Origin: Euglena gracilis
Lineage: Eukaryota
Direction of reading: 5' to 3'
DNA length: 64,000 nucleotides
Assembly (NCBI GenBank): GCA_039621445.1
Contig: CP154954.1
Span: 15,023,805 to 15,087,804, forward strand
The notes beneath the pieces are model-generated. The model searched no databases and was not told the origin of the DNA. It saw nothing but the letters and a program-made list of their open reading frames with translations. Below, one piece after another: positions 1 to 64,000 of the stretch; position 1 is the stretch's first letter; each line of letters begins with the position of its first letter. The position numbers and the translations under genes are program-made.

Positions 1-786
1 AGTCCTTCATTTTGGAGGGAGGTGATGCACCCCCTTCCTTGGCAGGTTCCAAAATGGCGAATTTTTTATCCGGTATGCAGCGCCGTAAAATGAAAACATT
101 TGCCTTGTTTCTCACTTTCACGCATGTTTCACATTTTTTGATCCTTTGGGTATTTTCCACGTGAAAAAAATGTTCAAATCTTTTTAAAAATTCAGTTTTT
201 TTTTGGATTTGCTCTCAAGAGAAAAATAATGATTTTCAAACAATTTTGGCCCGCTTTCATTGAAACCTTCCATAAACCCAAAAGTTTTTCCCAGCCTCCT
301 TCAGTTTCAAGGTCAGGCCGCTTGTTGGTCCACCCTGTCCCCTCCCCAGGACCACCAAAATTCTGGTCTGTGCCACCTCCCTTCTGGTTGACTCCCTCCC
401 AATTTTATATGCCCTCCATTGTCCAAGGCACAAATGGGCATTTGTTGTAGTCATTTTTATTTTATGGCATTGTTCCGTTGACGCAAGCATGTCGTTCCCC
501 CTATCAACGTCCCCTTCTTTGAACGGTGCCACGTGTTCAACAGGGTGGGAAGTTATTGCTCCTTGTTTTTTCTCTCTTTTCTCTTTTTTTTGTCTCTTTT
601 CGTTGTGTTGCATTTACATAGTCTCTCCAAACTTCGGCAGCTATTTTTATTTTTAATTTTTGGCTCTTTGGGTTTGGCCCATATATTCGGATGCCCATGT
701 GTATCTACATACATTGCACATGGTATCGAAATGTGCTTTCTATCTTGCGTCTGGCAGAGGGATGGCGGGGGGCACAAAACCGGATA

Positions 787-1196
787 CAGTCCAGACAAAA
801 AGGATGGGAGACAAAAATTACGGGAAGCCACACCGATTTTCCCATAATTTTTATCCTGCGTTTTTTGTCCAGCCTACGCCCTTTGGGGGAGTCAAACTCA
901 CGGGTAGGGGTGATCAATGTTCACACTCAAAAGGACGGGTTTATGTAACGTTGCCAATTTTTGGGGTTTGTAATATAAAAAAAAAGTCACCAGATAATCA
1001 TTTTGTCCGTTATCTGGGAATTGGAGTTGGTTTTTTGCCAATATTTCAAATGAATTTTGAATTCAAATGAATCACCATTTTCCCTGAAATTTTCGAAATT
1101 TCCCATATTCTTTCCCAAATCAAAATTTTCTCATGATGTCCCCCCCGTAATATTTTCCCCCATAATTTTTGTTTCCTGTCCCTTTTGTCTGCACCG
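787..1196. mobile_element. Tc1/mariner-type MITE with long imperfect TIRs
   Basis: TA|CAGTCCAGACAAAAAGGATGGGAGACAAAAATTACGGG versus CCCATAATTTTTGTTTCCTGTCCCTTTTGTCTGCACCG|TG. Confidence 0.65.
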
Positions 1197-1350
1197 TGAC
1201 ATTTTGCAGCTGTGCAGTGATGGTCATAGTGTTTCTGAGTTGATCAGGTGAAAGACATATTTCCACTTGGTTTGTACTGAGAATGTTTTGGTCAACAATT
1301 TGCAGAAAGCCCCATCCACCCAGGCAGAACAGGTGAAACGGGGTGCAAAG

Positions 1351-16943
<15,593 letters not shown>

Positions 16944-17754
16944 GGGGCCGGTCGGTGACCCCGCCGTGCTTCGCTTTTGGGTCTATCGGCCTGTGTCATT
17001 CCCCGTGCAACTTGAAAGGTATCCAGTGCAGCCAGATGGAACAGGGATGAAAGTACCAAAAAGAATAATATCATGTTGGTGTTGGTGCCGTCGTTGGCAG
17101 CCTTTGCATCATTTCGGCTAAGCGTATTTTTTTTGCCTCATCCCAGGACATTTAAAGGAAAGGAGCGAAAGCCCAGCGTGCTGCCTGTTAAGAAGATGCC
17201 CCATTTTGTCCACTACAATTACACCAACAACTTCATTATTCAACGCCTTAAACACATTGTTGCGACGTATTTATTACTTGCCTCTCATTTTGCATTTTCC
17301 ATTTTGAACCCAACTGTTCCCATCGCAGATCTTTCAATGTTGGTTCTTCGTGTAAACTTCTGTCCCAGTGATGAACAAATTATTGAAATTTCGGGGCGGA
17401 ATTTGTTTCCCCACAAAGAAAATCTCTTTTGTTATATTCATGTGGACGTTTAAGTCAGTTATGTTAATGACGCATGAGTAGTTTCATTTGCCTCTCTTGA
17501 AGGTTGAAGGCGGGCACCTCCCTGGGTTCTACAAACCGAATGACATTTCTGCATTTTGGCGTTGGCATTATGGAGCATCGCGAGGCCTCAACTGTTTCTC
17601 CTTCCACCTATCTCGTGACCGCTGATTCCCGTATTCCCATTCCCCCCTCCCACGCTCCCCCAGGAGACATATCCGCCGGGTGGCTGTCAAAACCAGGACC
17701 CTGCTGCGGCATTTATTTGTTTGCTTCGCTGTGGCAGTCACACTGGGCCCACTA

Positions 17755-18626
17755 CTGGGGTTTTTTTTGTCTTGGACCCCCACGGGGGTAGGGTGGGTGC
17801 GTCCGGCCGAACCCCCCCCCCTCCCCCCAGGGGGTCCCTCGGAGGGAGGTGGGATATACTCTTCGCCTTTGGCACCAAAATTGTTTGAAAAGGGTGCTTT
17901 TTTTAGCATTTTCGCGATTTTTGGCCATTTTGGGGGGAAAGTGGGTGGACCCCCCCCAGGGTCCCCCTGGAGGTGGGTGGGGGGACCCCCCCCCTCCATG
18001 GTCTTACCCCCCCTTTGTCCAACGACCCCCCTATGTCCAACGACCACCCCCCCGGTCAGAGGACACCTTTTCGGAGGTTTGATGTTTTTTTTTTGCAGGT
18101 GTGTGAAAACTGGAGGTTTGTCAGCCCTGAAAGGCTTTTCTTCCGTCCTTGTCCTCTACCCCGCAGCCCATCGTCCATTGAAACGTTCCCTCTGGGGAGT
18201 TTTGTGCATTACAAGCGCTCCGCCGGGGAGATAGTGCTTGCGGTTGTTGAAGGAGCTTCACCACACTCCCAACATGCCACCATAACATTTTCAGGTGTTT
18301 CCCAGGTTGTATGATGGAGTGAAGATGGTACCTTTGTTGTTGTTTTTTGAAATCCCACGGCGTGAAGGTACGTTTTGGGTGTTATTTGAGGAAATATTTG
18401 TTGACAGGGCTGGAAATGGAGGCGCGAAGCACCGGAAGGAAAATTTTGACCTGTTTTGGGGGGTTTCGGCAAACTGTTTTTTTACCCGCCCCCGTGTCCA
18501 ACGACCACCCCCCCAGTACACCTTTTTGGTCACTACCCTATGTCCAACGACCGCCCCCCCCCCCGGCCAGAGGACAGAGGTTACCGGTCGTTGGACATGG
18601 GGGGGGGAGGGTAAAAAGAACCCCAG
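17755..18626. mobile_element. hAT-like MITE family A (CTGGGG...CCCCAG variant) containing a nested family C MITE
   Basis: TSD GCCCACTA/GCCCACTG; family A body interrupted at its subterminal TA by 18007-18611. Confidence 0.8.
18007..18611. mobile_element. TA-flanked MITE family C, nested in family A
   Basis: TA|(C)nTTTGTCCAACGACC...GGTCGTTGGACAT(G)nAGGG|TA. Confidence 0.85.
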
Positions 18627-21600
18627 GCCCACTGGTGCGCTTTGAGAGGGCGGAGGTTGAGGGTGTGTGGATTTGGGCTGCTGACCCCAACCCCCCATTA
18701 TTTTCAACAATTTGCTGCTATTTTTGGTTTTTTTTTTGGGTTTGCCATCTTCACCCCCCAGCAGTTGAATCCGAAAATGAGGCAAAATGCTTTTTCTGAA
18801 AATGAATGTGTCTGTTAACCTGCGTTCAGGGTACCACATAATGCAATGCACCGACAAACTTCATTTGACCTTCTTCGACATACCAGCTTCGACTTGCAAC
18901 ACCACCACTTTGGGCACCTCCACACGCTGCTCTTTTCATGTTTTCCACTCTGTTGTCTCAGGAGTTCTTGCTGCCAAGGCTTCAAAATGAAAAGAATTTT
19001 GGTTGGTGTCCATAATTGGGAAAAGCAAACATTTAATGTGTGCAACTGCGCACGGCGACCACCCAAAAAAATACTAGCATTTCAAAAGAGGTGGTGCAGC
19101 ACCTCAGGGAGGTTCTATCTCAATTTCATCACATTCATTTTCCGGCTCCAAACACACTGCCATAGGAGGCTGTTGGTTGGTTTTAAAATGGTCGGCATGC
19201 GCAAATGAGCACAGGTCCGTGGGTGCCACAACAGGGCCCTCCCCCGGCGATGCACTCCGATTGCGCCGCGCCACCCGTTCCCTCGCGCGGGCCCCAGTTG
19301 AGGTAGGGGCTTCCCCTTGGGCCTCTGGGACCGTCTCTGTGATCGATGCGAACTGCTGTGGCTCTGTCACCTCAAACGCCATTGAATAGCGTATGTCAAC
19401 AAAAGTGACTCTGAATGATATTCTTTGATTGCCATCATATTCTGAGTGTTCATCAGTCAGTTTAAGTCTCAAATTGTTTGTTTCCCGTTCCCCTGTCATT
19501 GCTTTGAATTTCCAGTTTGTTGACCTTCGTTCCATCTTTTCTTTCCATCTTTGCTGAGGGACTGTTCATCCATCTCAGCAATTGTACTCACCTCAGTGGT
19601 TTCGACACCGCCCATTCTCCCCCCTGCCCAGACAATGATTGCCAATGATTTCTGCAGTGATTGCCCCCCTCTCCCCACCTCATACCATTCGGTGTGCAGG
19701 GCTGGGATTTGGACTGCATGAGGTTGGTTGTGGGAGTTATTTTCCACTTGTCCCATGTCTGCTTGTTTTTGTCGTGCGTATTTATCTCTAATTTTTAAAA
19801 AAGAATTTATTTCCTAGGCATCCATCCCCCTGCCCTTTCTGGCAAATTTCCATTGGAAGATTGATTGGGAAGCATTTTTGACCCAGTCGGCTGTAGGGTG
19901 TGAGTTCAGCACAAAGTCTGGAAAATCTGAAAATGAAAACGGTGGTGGATTCACCATATGGGCACAAGAAAGGACAATAATATCTGCACCTTCTCGCCGT
20001 CAACGGCTGAGCAATATACAAAAAAATAATAAATATATATGATAATTCAAGCTGGAAAAATGGTGGTGGGGGACATGCATTTGTCTTAGCGGCAGAGACG
20101 TTTAAAATATAATTTAAAATATAATATATAAAAATACGATGCATACAGAACAGGATTCCAGATTCATGTCTTTAGGGTTTAGGGTGGAAGGGGACAAAAC
20201 AGTTGGAAAACAAAGGTAAAGCTAAATTTTTTTGTCAACGTCTTTTGAACGATTTTAGAGTACACACATAAATCAAACAGATATCCCAAAAAAACGGAAC
20301 AAATGATTTGACAGAGAAAATGACAGAGACCCACACCTATTTTGTGCTCCACTTATTTCGCAGGTGAGCTGTGATATTTTTTTTGGAAAATTATGTTGCT
20401 GGCCGTGAACCAGGAAAAATCCTGCAAGTTTAATGAAAAAAACAAAATTGCATTAAGCATCTCCCCAGCAGGCTTTTGCTTAGGACCCCCGGGGACACTG
20501 GCTGCCATTTTGCTAGAAACTGAAAAGACACATCAGGGGACCCTCGGACCCCCGCGGGCCAGGGGTCCGAGGGTCCCTTGATTGGAAAAACAATCCCTCC
20601 GGTGCGTGCATGGTCAAAATAGGATTTTCAATGAAAGATTTTTAATATGTAATGTTTAATTGAAGCCTTTCAATGAATATTTCTTATTAAAATCATGTTT
20701 TTTTTCCATTTTTGGAGGTGGCAAAAAAAAAGCCAGATTTCATATACATGGGTCCCAGTTCTACTTCCCCCACGGACGGCAGGGTCAACATCTCTGTGCA
20801 TCACTATTTGTGCATTGCATTGCTGATAGTGGGCGGCTTGTTCTCCACAGCAGTGTCCTCTTACCCCCCCCTTAGCCGGCTACTGCTCGGTTTTTGTCTT
20901 TACATCTGGGCAGAAATCCTGATAGAAAAATTAGTGATAAAGTGTCTTATTCAACGATTCTCGCATGTGTGAGGATATCTGGCCTGTTGATTTCGTATTA
21001 CTGAAGAATTTTTTGATGTGCTAGGGTAGCTGCCATATATCACCACCCGCTGAACATCGCTCCCCCTCTCGCGTGTGTAAGAGGGCAGCCCAATTCTTCA
21101 TCCGCATCCGTGTTGGTATCCTGTGCCGTTGCGAGCCTGCAGCTGTGCCCTCTTTGATTGCCTGTTGAGCAAGTCGATGACGAATGACCTTGATTTGGTG
21201 GCAAAAGTAGTCTCCCGAGGGAGCTTCCAGAATGAGTGTTCAGCAATGTCACAAGTGTCGGCATTGTGATAAGTGGCATTGGTGCATTGGTGTCATCAGC
21301 TGACATCAGCGTCCTCATTGTCCTCGGTGTCGTCACCAATGGCGTCAACGGCTGTATAAGAAATGGGTGTATTTACAACATTGCATTTCCACAAATTTAT
21401 TAGCCAAAGTTGGTGGCAAAGGACCGAGTTATTGAACCGAATGCAAGGCGCAGAAGTGAGGCACCGTGTCCGAAATTAAGGAATTATTCCGATGTGATCA
21501 AGGATCAGTGATTATGGAATTATGGATCTGTCCGATGTGATTTATGTGCATTTTGATCGGACAAGCCAACGACACTCCCATCTCCAAGTACTCGGCAATT

Positions 21601-22443
21601 TTTTGTAGGCCAGGAAGGAATTGGCGTCAGACTTGCTTGCTTCTGGTTTTTTTTCTTGCCGTTACAAATTTCGATTCCCTCGGGTGTGTCCCCCCAGTCG
21701 TTAGGCTGTCCCAGCTAGACACCGAACTGCTCTCAAGACAGGGCCTGACCACGACTCTAACCCTTCAACCCCCATCCCCGCACTGCATGGGTTTCGGCGC
21801 GCCCGTCCACCCCCCGGCGCCGCCGCCTGTGTCGCCTGTCTGTACACCCCACGACCCCGATCGTTCCGTCCGCCTGTTCGTCGTGTCCCCGTGTGTCTCA
21901 CGCCCACCGGTTGCTTCCGTCCCCCTGAGCGCGGCCAACTGTGGGCTCAATTCAATGGGGTCTTGAAGTGCAAGGTTCCCTTCGGGGGAGGGGGTCAGCA
22001 CAGGTCGGTGGGAGGGGGTTCAAGGCGCAAACAATTGTTCAAAGCCCATAAAATGCTATTTTGGAGACTAGATGGCTACCCCCGTTTCAGAGTATTTTTA
22101 ATGCATTTCTATTGCTGATTTTGTTCCAAAAAAAAGTCCCGAAAATGGCCCAAAATGGGTATTTTTTGGCGAGTCTGGGGGTCCCATAAAGTTTTTTTCG
22201 GCGCTTCGCACCGCCATTGCCTGGACAATTGCGTTGCATGGTGCAGACAACCCTCACAATCAGGCTGTTGCCTAAGGACCCCGGGGGGGGGTCCACTGGC
22301 CAGCCATTTTGCTTGACCCTGAAAAAAAAATGGACTAATTAGACCCCGGGGGGGGGGTGCTTTCAGCCAACTTGTGAGAAGAGAGAAGGACTTGTGAGAG
22401 TTTCCTACGCATGTCGTCACAGGAGCTGCCATCATCCTCTGTA

Positions 22444-22831
22444 CCTCCCCCCCCCCTGTCCACCGACCGGGCTTGTCCACGACCACCCCCCCCCCGGTCA
22501 GAGATGATATTTTTGTATACGATCTCGGGGAAATGAGACTTGATACTGTTCTTGCTTTTGCTTTTGATTTAACAAACTGTGACGCTTGATCACTGAATGC
22601 TTTTTGCTTGAACTGTTATGAAGGGACAACATCATGTGTGCAATGATGGTATTGTAGTAATTTGCTCCATCTTCCTTGAGTCAACATTATGCATGAGATT
22701 GGCGACTATTGTCAGGCAGTCAGGCGCGAAGCGCCAAAAATTTCCAGCGAGACGCGCCGGAAATCCCCCCTGGACCCCCCCCCCGGTCAGAGACGAATAT
22801 TAGCGGTCGTTGGACAGGGGGGGGGGGGACG
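22444..22831. mobile_element. TA-flanked MITE family C
   Basis: TA|CCT(C)nTGTCCACCGACC...GGTCGTTGGACA(G)nACG|TG. Confidence 0.8.
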
Positions 22832-22834
22832 TGC

Positions 22835-23099
22835 CAGGGGTTTTTTTGGTCTTGGACCCCGGGGGGGGAGGGTGGGTAGGTCCGGCCGAGCCCCCCCCCC
22901 CAGGGGGGTTGGTGCGATATACTTTTTTGGTGCCGAAGGCGCCGAAATTTTTTTGAAAAAGGTGCTATTTTTTAGCATTTTTTTGGCCAATTCCTTGGCC
23001 ATTTTTGAATTGAGTGGGTCCCCTGGGACCCCCCCCCCCGGGGCCCCCAGGGCGTGGGTGGGTGGGGAGGACCTCTCCCCCCTTTCTAAAAAACCCCTG
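22835..23099. mobile_element. hAT-like MITE family A
   Basis: CAGGGGTTTTT...AAAAAACCCCTG; right TSD CTCTGTAC; left TSD split by a family C element. Confidence 0.85.
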
Positions 23100-24292
23100 C
23101 TCTGTACTGGCCGTAAAAGCTTATCAGGAGTAGGAGGTCCGCTGTACATTTCCAACAAGTTTCCCAATGGTCAAGGAACCATGCATACTCCCATGGTCAC
23201 GTGGTTGGGCGGCACTCCGGGGCGTTCAGTGCAGCACCGGCGCTTACAGCCCCCTGTCTCCCTCAGCTTGCGGTGCCGTTTAACCTGCACCCCGTGCCAT
23301 ATCAGGAGCATTTCTGCTTCTCTGACCGGCCTCCCACATCTCACCATTTTTTTACCTTTCATTTCCTGTATCCACATTCCATTCCTGTGTTTTGGATGTT
23401 CTGTGATCCCGCATCTAAACACCAAAGGATTTCAAACCTAAAACTGGCTGTTGCAGCTTTGCCTGAATTACAACATTGAATTTTTTTCCAATTTTTTTTT
23501 CAATATTTTTTTAAGGTTCTACCAGTAATCCAGTGGCACAAATATCCAGAGTTGGGCCACTGCGGCAAAGATGTTGAATTTATTGCCAAAAATAAACTGC
23601 AAGAGGATGCTTTTGGATGTCTTCCTGAATTGTGTGGGTGTGGTTTGGTTTCTTCTGTGGACGTGGATAGCAGATTTTTTCCGATTATTCAAGAACAACC
23701 CCTCCCTGATTTTCATGATTTAGTTTGTTGCACGGCGACATTTTTTGGCATATTCCCTGCCCATGTGCAACGTTGCACCGTTTAAGTCTGCAACCAATCT
23801 GAGGAATATCTCATCAACAAGAACAAGGGCTTTTGATTTTCCAATTTGAATTAAATTCAATTAAGTTGTTATTAATTTTATATATTTAACAATAAATTTC
23901 TGGCCTGGGTGGGTCTGCGGTACCCCCGCAGCCACTAGGGAGTCCCCCCAGGGACATCGTTGGTCCTCACGGAAGGCAGGGTTTTGGCTATTTTTGGAAC
24001 TTTTTGTTATTCCGAAATTGAACCCCAAAAGGTGGGTCTGCCGCACCCCCCAGGGGCTAGGGGGAACCCTGTGGGTGGTGGTGGGGGGACCCCGCCAGTC
24101 GGAGAAAAAGATCCCCGAAAATCAACGCAACAAATTGACCCAATTTTCTTGCCCTGATTTTTGATTAAATTATCAACAAAACTAGGGCAAGCTTTCCACA
24201 GCCCCGATCAAGCCTTCCCTTAGAGTCTTGGTCTGGTGTACCTGGAGACAGCTGAATGTTTATGCCGAAGCTTGCTTTGTGTGTGTTGAGTC

Positions 24293-24325
24293 GTGTGTGT
24301 GTGCGTGCGTGCGTGCGTGCGTGCA

Positions 24326-24388
<63 letters not shown>

Positions 24389-24424
24389 TGTATGTTTTGA
24401 TTGTGACGTGCGTGCGTGCGTGTG

Positions 24425-24463
<39 letters not shown>

Positions 24464-24481
24464 TGTATGTTTTGATTGTGA
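24293..24481. repeat. (CGTG)n microsatellite with duplicated CTGTATGTTTTGATTGTGA spacer
   Basis: Read directly. Confidence 0.9.
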
Positions 24482-27024
24482 ACCGTCACGACAGAACATC
24501 CACCCTTTGGCCACCACGGCCTGTACAGTTCACTGTTCGCGTACCAGCATCTTGCCCAAGGCCTTTGTCCCCATTGTCGATTCCCGCCCCATCTGTGCAT
24601 TCGGAAGGTGCGATGATGTTGATCCACACAGCCGTGCAAGTGGACGATGAAATCATTGACCTTAAAAGTAATGTCTTTTTGTGATGTGAATTTTATGTAC
24701 AGGGACAAGGACAAAAAATTGCATGTTAGATAAACTACCTAAATTTTTACTATATTTTTACTGTATTTATGGACGAGTGTCAGTTTCCTCCGCCCTCTTG
24801 CATGACGCTTCAGCCCAAAATGGCAAAAATGGAAAAGCTGGGGAGGAAAAAGGAAAACGTTGGAAATGGCCTGATAATTTGAAGAAAAAAAAGCATATAA
24901 TGTTCACCCTTCAGTTTTCTCAAAGACAAGCAGGGACAAAATGGCTCCACGCACGCTAGGGGGGGTCTGTGTGTTTCATTCAATTTTTTCCCCCAAAATT
25001 CTCCAACTTGCATTTTTGTGCATTTGCCGCTTTTGGGCGCAGGTTTTTTTTTGGTTTTTTTTTTGCTATTCTTCTCAATTTTTTTGAAAATTTTTGATTT
25101 TTTCCCAACCGAAATTTTCCTCATAATTTCATATGATTTGTTTAAATTTGGTCAGTTGGTTTCATTTCTGCCCTCTCAGGCTTTTTTTTGGCATGTTTTT
25201 CCTGAAAATGCGCATTTTTTGCACATTTTTGTGTGTTTTGTTCGAGTCCAGGCCAGCGTATTTGAATATGAATGAAGTAATTGAATACGGAAAAAAGTAC
25301 TTGAAAAGCGATTGAATACCGAATATTACCAAAATTGTTCACCTTGATCAAGCGTTTTACCCAACAGTTTTCTACTGCAAAAATTTATTGTAGATTTTCT
25401 CTTACTTGTAAATTGTGCCTTTCCCCTCCAAAAATTTCATGCTCCAGGAGCTGTCAGGATGCAGTCCGAGCAATTGGGAGAATTGTAAAGTTCCGAGTGC
25501 ATTCCATCCTGGAAATTGTTAGCGTCTTGGCATTGAGTTTCTTGAAGAAGGAGGAAGTCGAGTTTTCAAATAATTTTTTTGACATAACCAGCAGCATACG
25601 CAGGGCTCCATGAATCATACACCCTCAATTATTTGCCCTCAACCATTAATATTACATCTACCCCCTCCCTTCTCCAACCCCAATACTTGGTCCAAACAAC
25701 ACCAAAATCTCATAAAAGAAAATAAATAAATAAAATAATGGCTGTTCATTGACGGTCCGGTTCCATTGATATAGCGTGTTGTTGACAACTTGGGAGAGGG
25801 GGGTGACGCACCCGTGTCAAGGGGACATTCCCTGAACAGTGTCATGTCTTGCACAACGGAGGTTAACACTTTGAAACAAGAAGCAACGTGAAAGGAACCA
25901 TAAACACACCAGATTCTACCTCACTCAAAAGCCTGGTTTCCCAGAATGACACAAATCTTCCAATAGAATACCCCTTTGGACACCTGGTGAGAGTTGGATT
26001 TGAACGACCCCTGGACTCAGGCAAGGGGGGGGGGGGGGGGCGGATTTCCAGGAATCCTTCCCAGAAAAGAAAAGCCTCCTCCCGGTCGTTCGCCCCCCCG
26101 CCCTTCCTGATATGCAAATCTGGCCTCTAGCCTCCTGTCTTTACCTTCAATTGTGGCCCGAGCCGGGGGAGGGGGGCAATTATTCTCCCACAGTCCAACC
26201 CTTCTTGCCAAAAAAAAATTGTCTTTTTTAAAATATTTTATATTGTTTAATATTTTGCCATTTTATTTAAAAAAAACGGCACCCAAACACAATTTTGGGT
26301 CATTTTGAAGCCCACCAAAAAGTGCCAGCTTTTTCACCAGTTTTTTCCCCAATACGCGGGGGGGGGGGACCCTACAGGAGGGGAACTGAACGAAAGGGGA
26401 AAGGGAATCCAAGCCCCATTTCGTTTAAAGTTCTGCCCTCGGCGTTTCATCAAGGATCCAAATAACACTCCCCTTGCAATTGCATAATTTTGAGAAGATG
26501 AATCAAAAGTTCCGGCACGCAGGTGTGGCATCGTCGGGGAGACGACCCTGTCAACCCTCGTCCCCGACCGCATTTGTCTGTGTGGTGCAGACCGTTAAAG
26601 ACGAGCTCTATGTCACCCTCCCGGAGGTGGGGGAGGGGGGGGGGCTGAAAAAAACGAGCCCCAGAAACAAGGCAGCACAGGGCGGAAAAATGGCTCCATC
26701 ACCTGCATGGCACCCTCCGGGACAGAACCCTTTGGGGAGGGCCAACTGGGGATGTTTTCCCGCCATCATGGGGTGCCCAACTTGCCAGGATGGTTATTCG
26801 CCATTCCACTCTTCAGGCCTAGATGCCGATGGCGGAAAGGAACCCAGGCGGATTTCCAACGTGAATTTCACAGCACAGGTTTGTTTTGGTGACAGTGAGG
26901 TTTGAAAAGGTTTGCCCCAGAATTCTATTTTTTTCCTTTTTTTCAACATATTATGCTGGAGTATGGTGCTTCACATAAAACCTGGACCGACCCAATGGGG
27001 GGGACTATTTTGTGAAAGTAAGTA

Positions 27025-27382
27025 CCCCCCCCCCTATGTCCAACGACCCCCCTATGTCCAATGACCACCCCCCCCCCGGTCAGAGGACACCTTTTCAGAG
27101 GTTTGACCAAATTTTTGGTCCCGGCGTGAAGCGCCGGGACGAAAAATTTGCCCCAAAATTGGCCAAAAATTTGGCCAAAGTGCCATTTTTGACACTTTTT
27201 GGACAAAAACTTGTCAAAATTGCCCAAAATTTTCGGCGCAAAGCGCCGGAAGGGAAAATTTGGGCATTTTTGGGTGGGTAGGGACCCGGGTACCCACCAA
27301 CTTTCTTTTGACCCCATGTCCAACGACCACCCCCCCCGGTCAGAGGACAGAGGTTACCGGTCATTGGACATAGGGGGGGGGG
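27025..27382. mobile_element. TA-flanked MITE family C
   Basis: TA|(C)10TATGTCCAACGACC...GGTCATTGGACATA(G)10|TA. Confidence 0.88.
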
Positions 27383-27894
27383 TAGTTCAATGTCAGTTGC
27401 TTGCACTCCTTTAAGAGTTGTATTAAGCTGCCGAGGGTTGCTTCAAAACATTATTTTGTGTATTATTTAGAACCTCTTTCCACAATGATTAATAATTACC
27501 AAATCATTTTACAATTCCCCCACTACAATTTCATTACGTTTATTAGTGTTGAAGAGACAGATTTATGTCTTTTTGGGTAGGCTGAGATACATTCATCTTT
27601 TTTTCCTTTTCATGCTCTTTGCGCTGTTCCCAGACAAAAATTTAAATACCAAAGATCTTGCACCACGTTTTCAACAGAGTCAAAATTTTTGTAATCAAAG
27701 CTCCAAACTCCTGGACGGTTAATTGTGGTCCGTCGCATTCCCCCACAAAAACGGCGCTGGACAATTATGTGCTTTCGGCCAGCAGTGAAGACATTTTTCC
27801 ATCCAGAATGTGTCTTGTGTGGGTCGATGGGTGGGTGTGCGCGGGCATTGTGTCCGTCATTTTTTTCTGCCCCCGTGAGAGCTTATGTATTCAA

Positions 27895-27926
27895 CCCCTG
27901 GCGCCTTCCGTCCCCCTTCCCTCCAG
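27895..27926 (+). promoter_or_regulatory. Polypyrimidine tract plus AG just upstream of the putative start codon (cis- or trans-splice acceptor)
   Basis: gccttccgtcccccttccctccAG ends at 27926; the ATG follows at 27941. Confidence 0.4.
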
Positions 27927-27940
27927 CAAAGTGCCGTCTG

Positions 27941-63960
<36,020 letters not shown>

Positions 63961-64000
63961 GCACCCGAAGCCCGCCAGCAGCAAGAGGTGGGCGTGGTCA

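Larger units (their letters stand above)
17100..26000 (-). pseudogene. Possible decayed coding element, fragmented by MITEs and microsatellites
   Basis: Complex, non-repetitive AT-richer patches (17100-17640, 18790-19760, 21040-21350, 23110-23830, 24480-24700, 25260-25700) read protein-like on the - strand with scattered stops; no family recognised. Confidence 0.3.

Noticed and set aside
20170-20184. TTTAGGG x2 (and CCCTAA x2 near 32260) as telomeric repeats
   Set aside because: Only two units each; expected by chance.

Overview
Repeat-dense eukaryotic nuclear DNA; no prokaryotic operons, rRNA, tRNA or CRISPR. A euglenid or similar large-genome protist is my inference from short GC-rich exons, long introns, GC-AG donors and CAG...CTG inverted-repeat elements. 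Two intron-rich + strand host genes of unknown function are traceable: one at about 1.6-16.9 kb, the other from about 27.9 kb probably to the window end. The clearest element is a near-intact 8-kb non-LTR retrotransposon (43816-51826, - strand). It encodes ORF1 and an APE-RT-RNase H-CCHC ORF2 with one frameshift, sits between two long (CA)n arrays inside a 10.7-kb intron, and shows a possible Dam-like domain in ORF1, a C-terminal PIP-box-like motif and 3' UTR hairpins. Introns and intergenic DNA hold many MITEs: hAT-like CAG...CTG elements with 8-bp TSDs, and TA-flanked elements with poly-C/poly-G ends, some nested and one partly inverted. The hAT-MITE geometry matches the consensus of euglenid nonconventional introns. 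Most ORF-track entries are artefacts of microsatellites and G/C runs.
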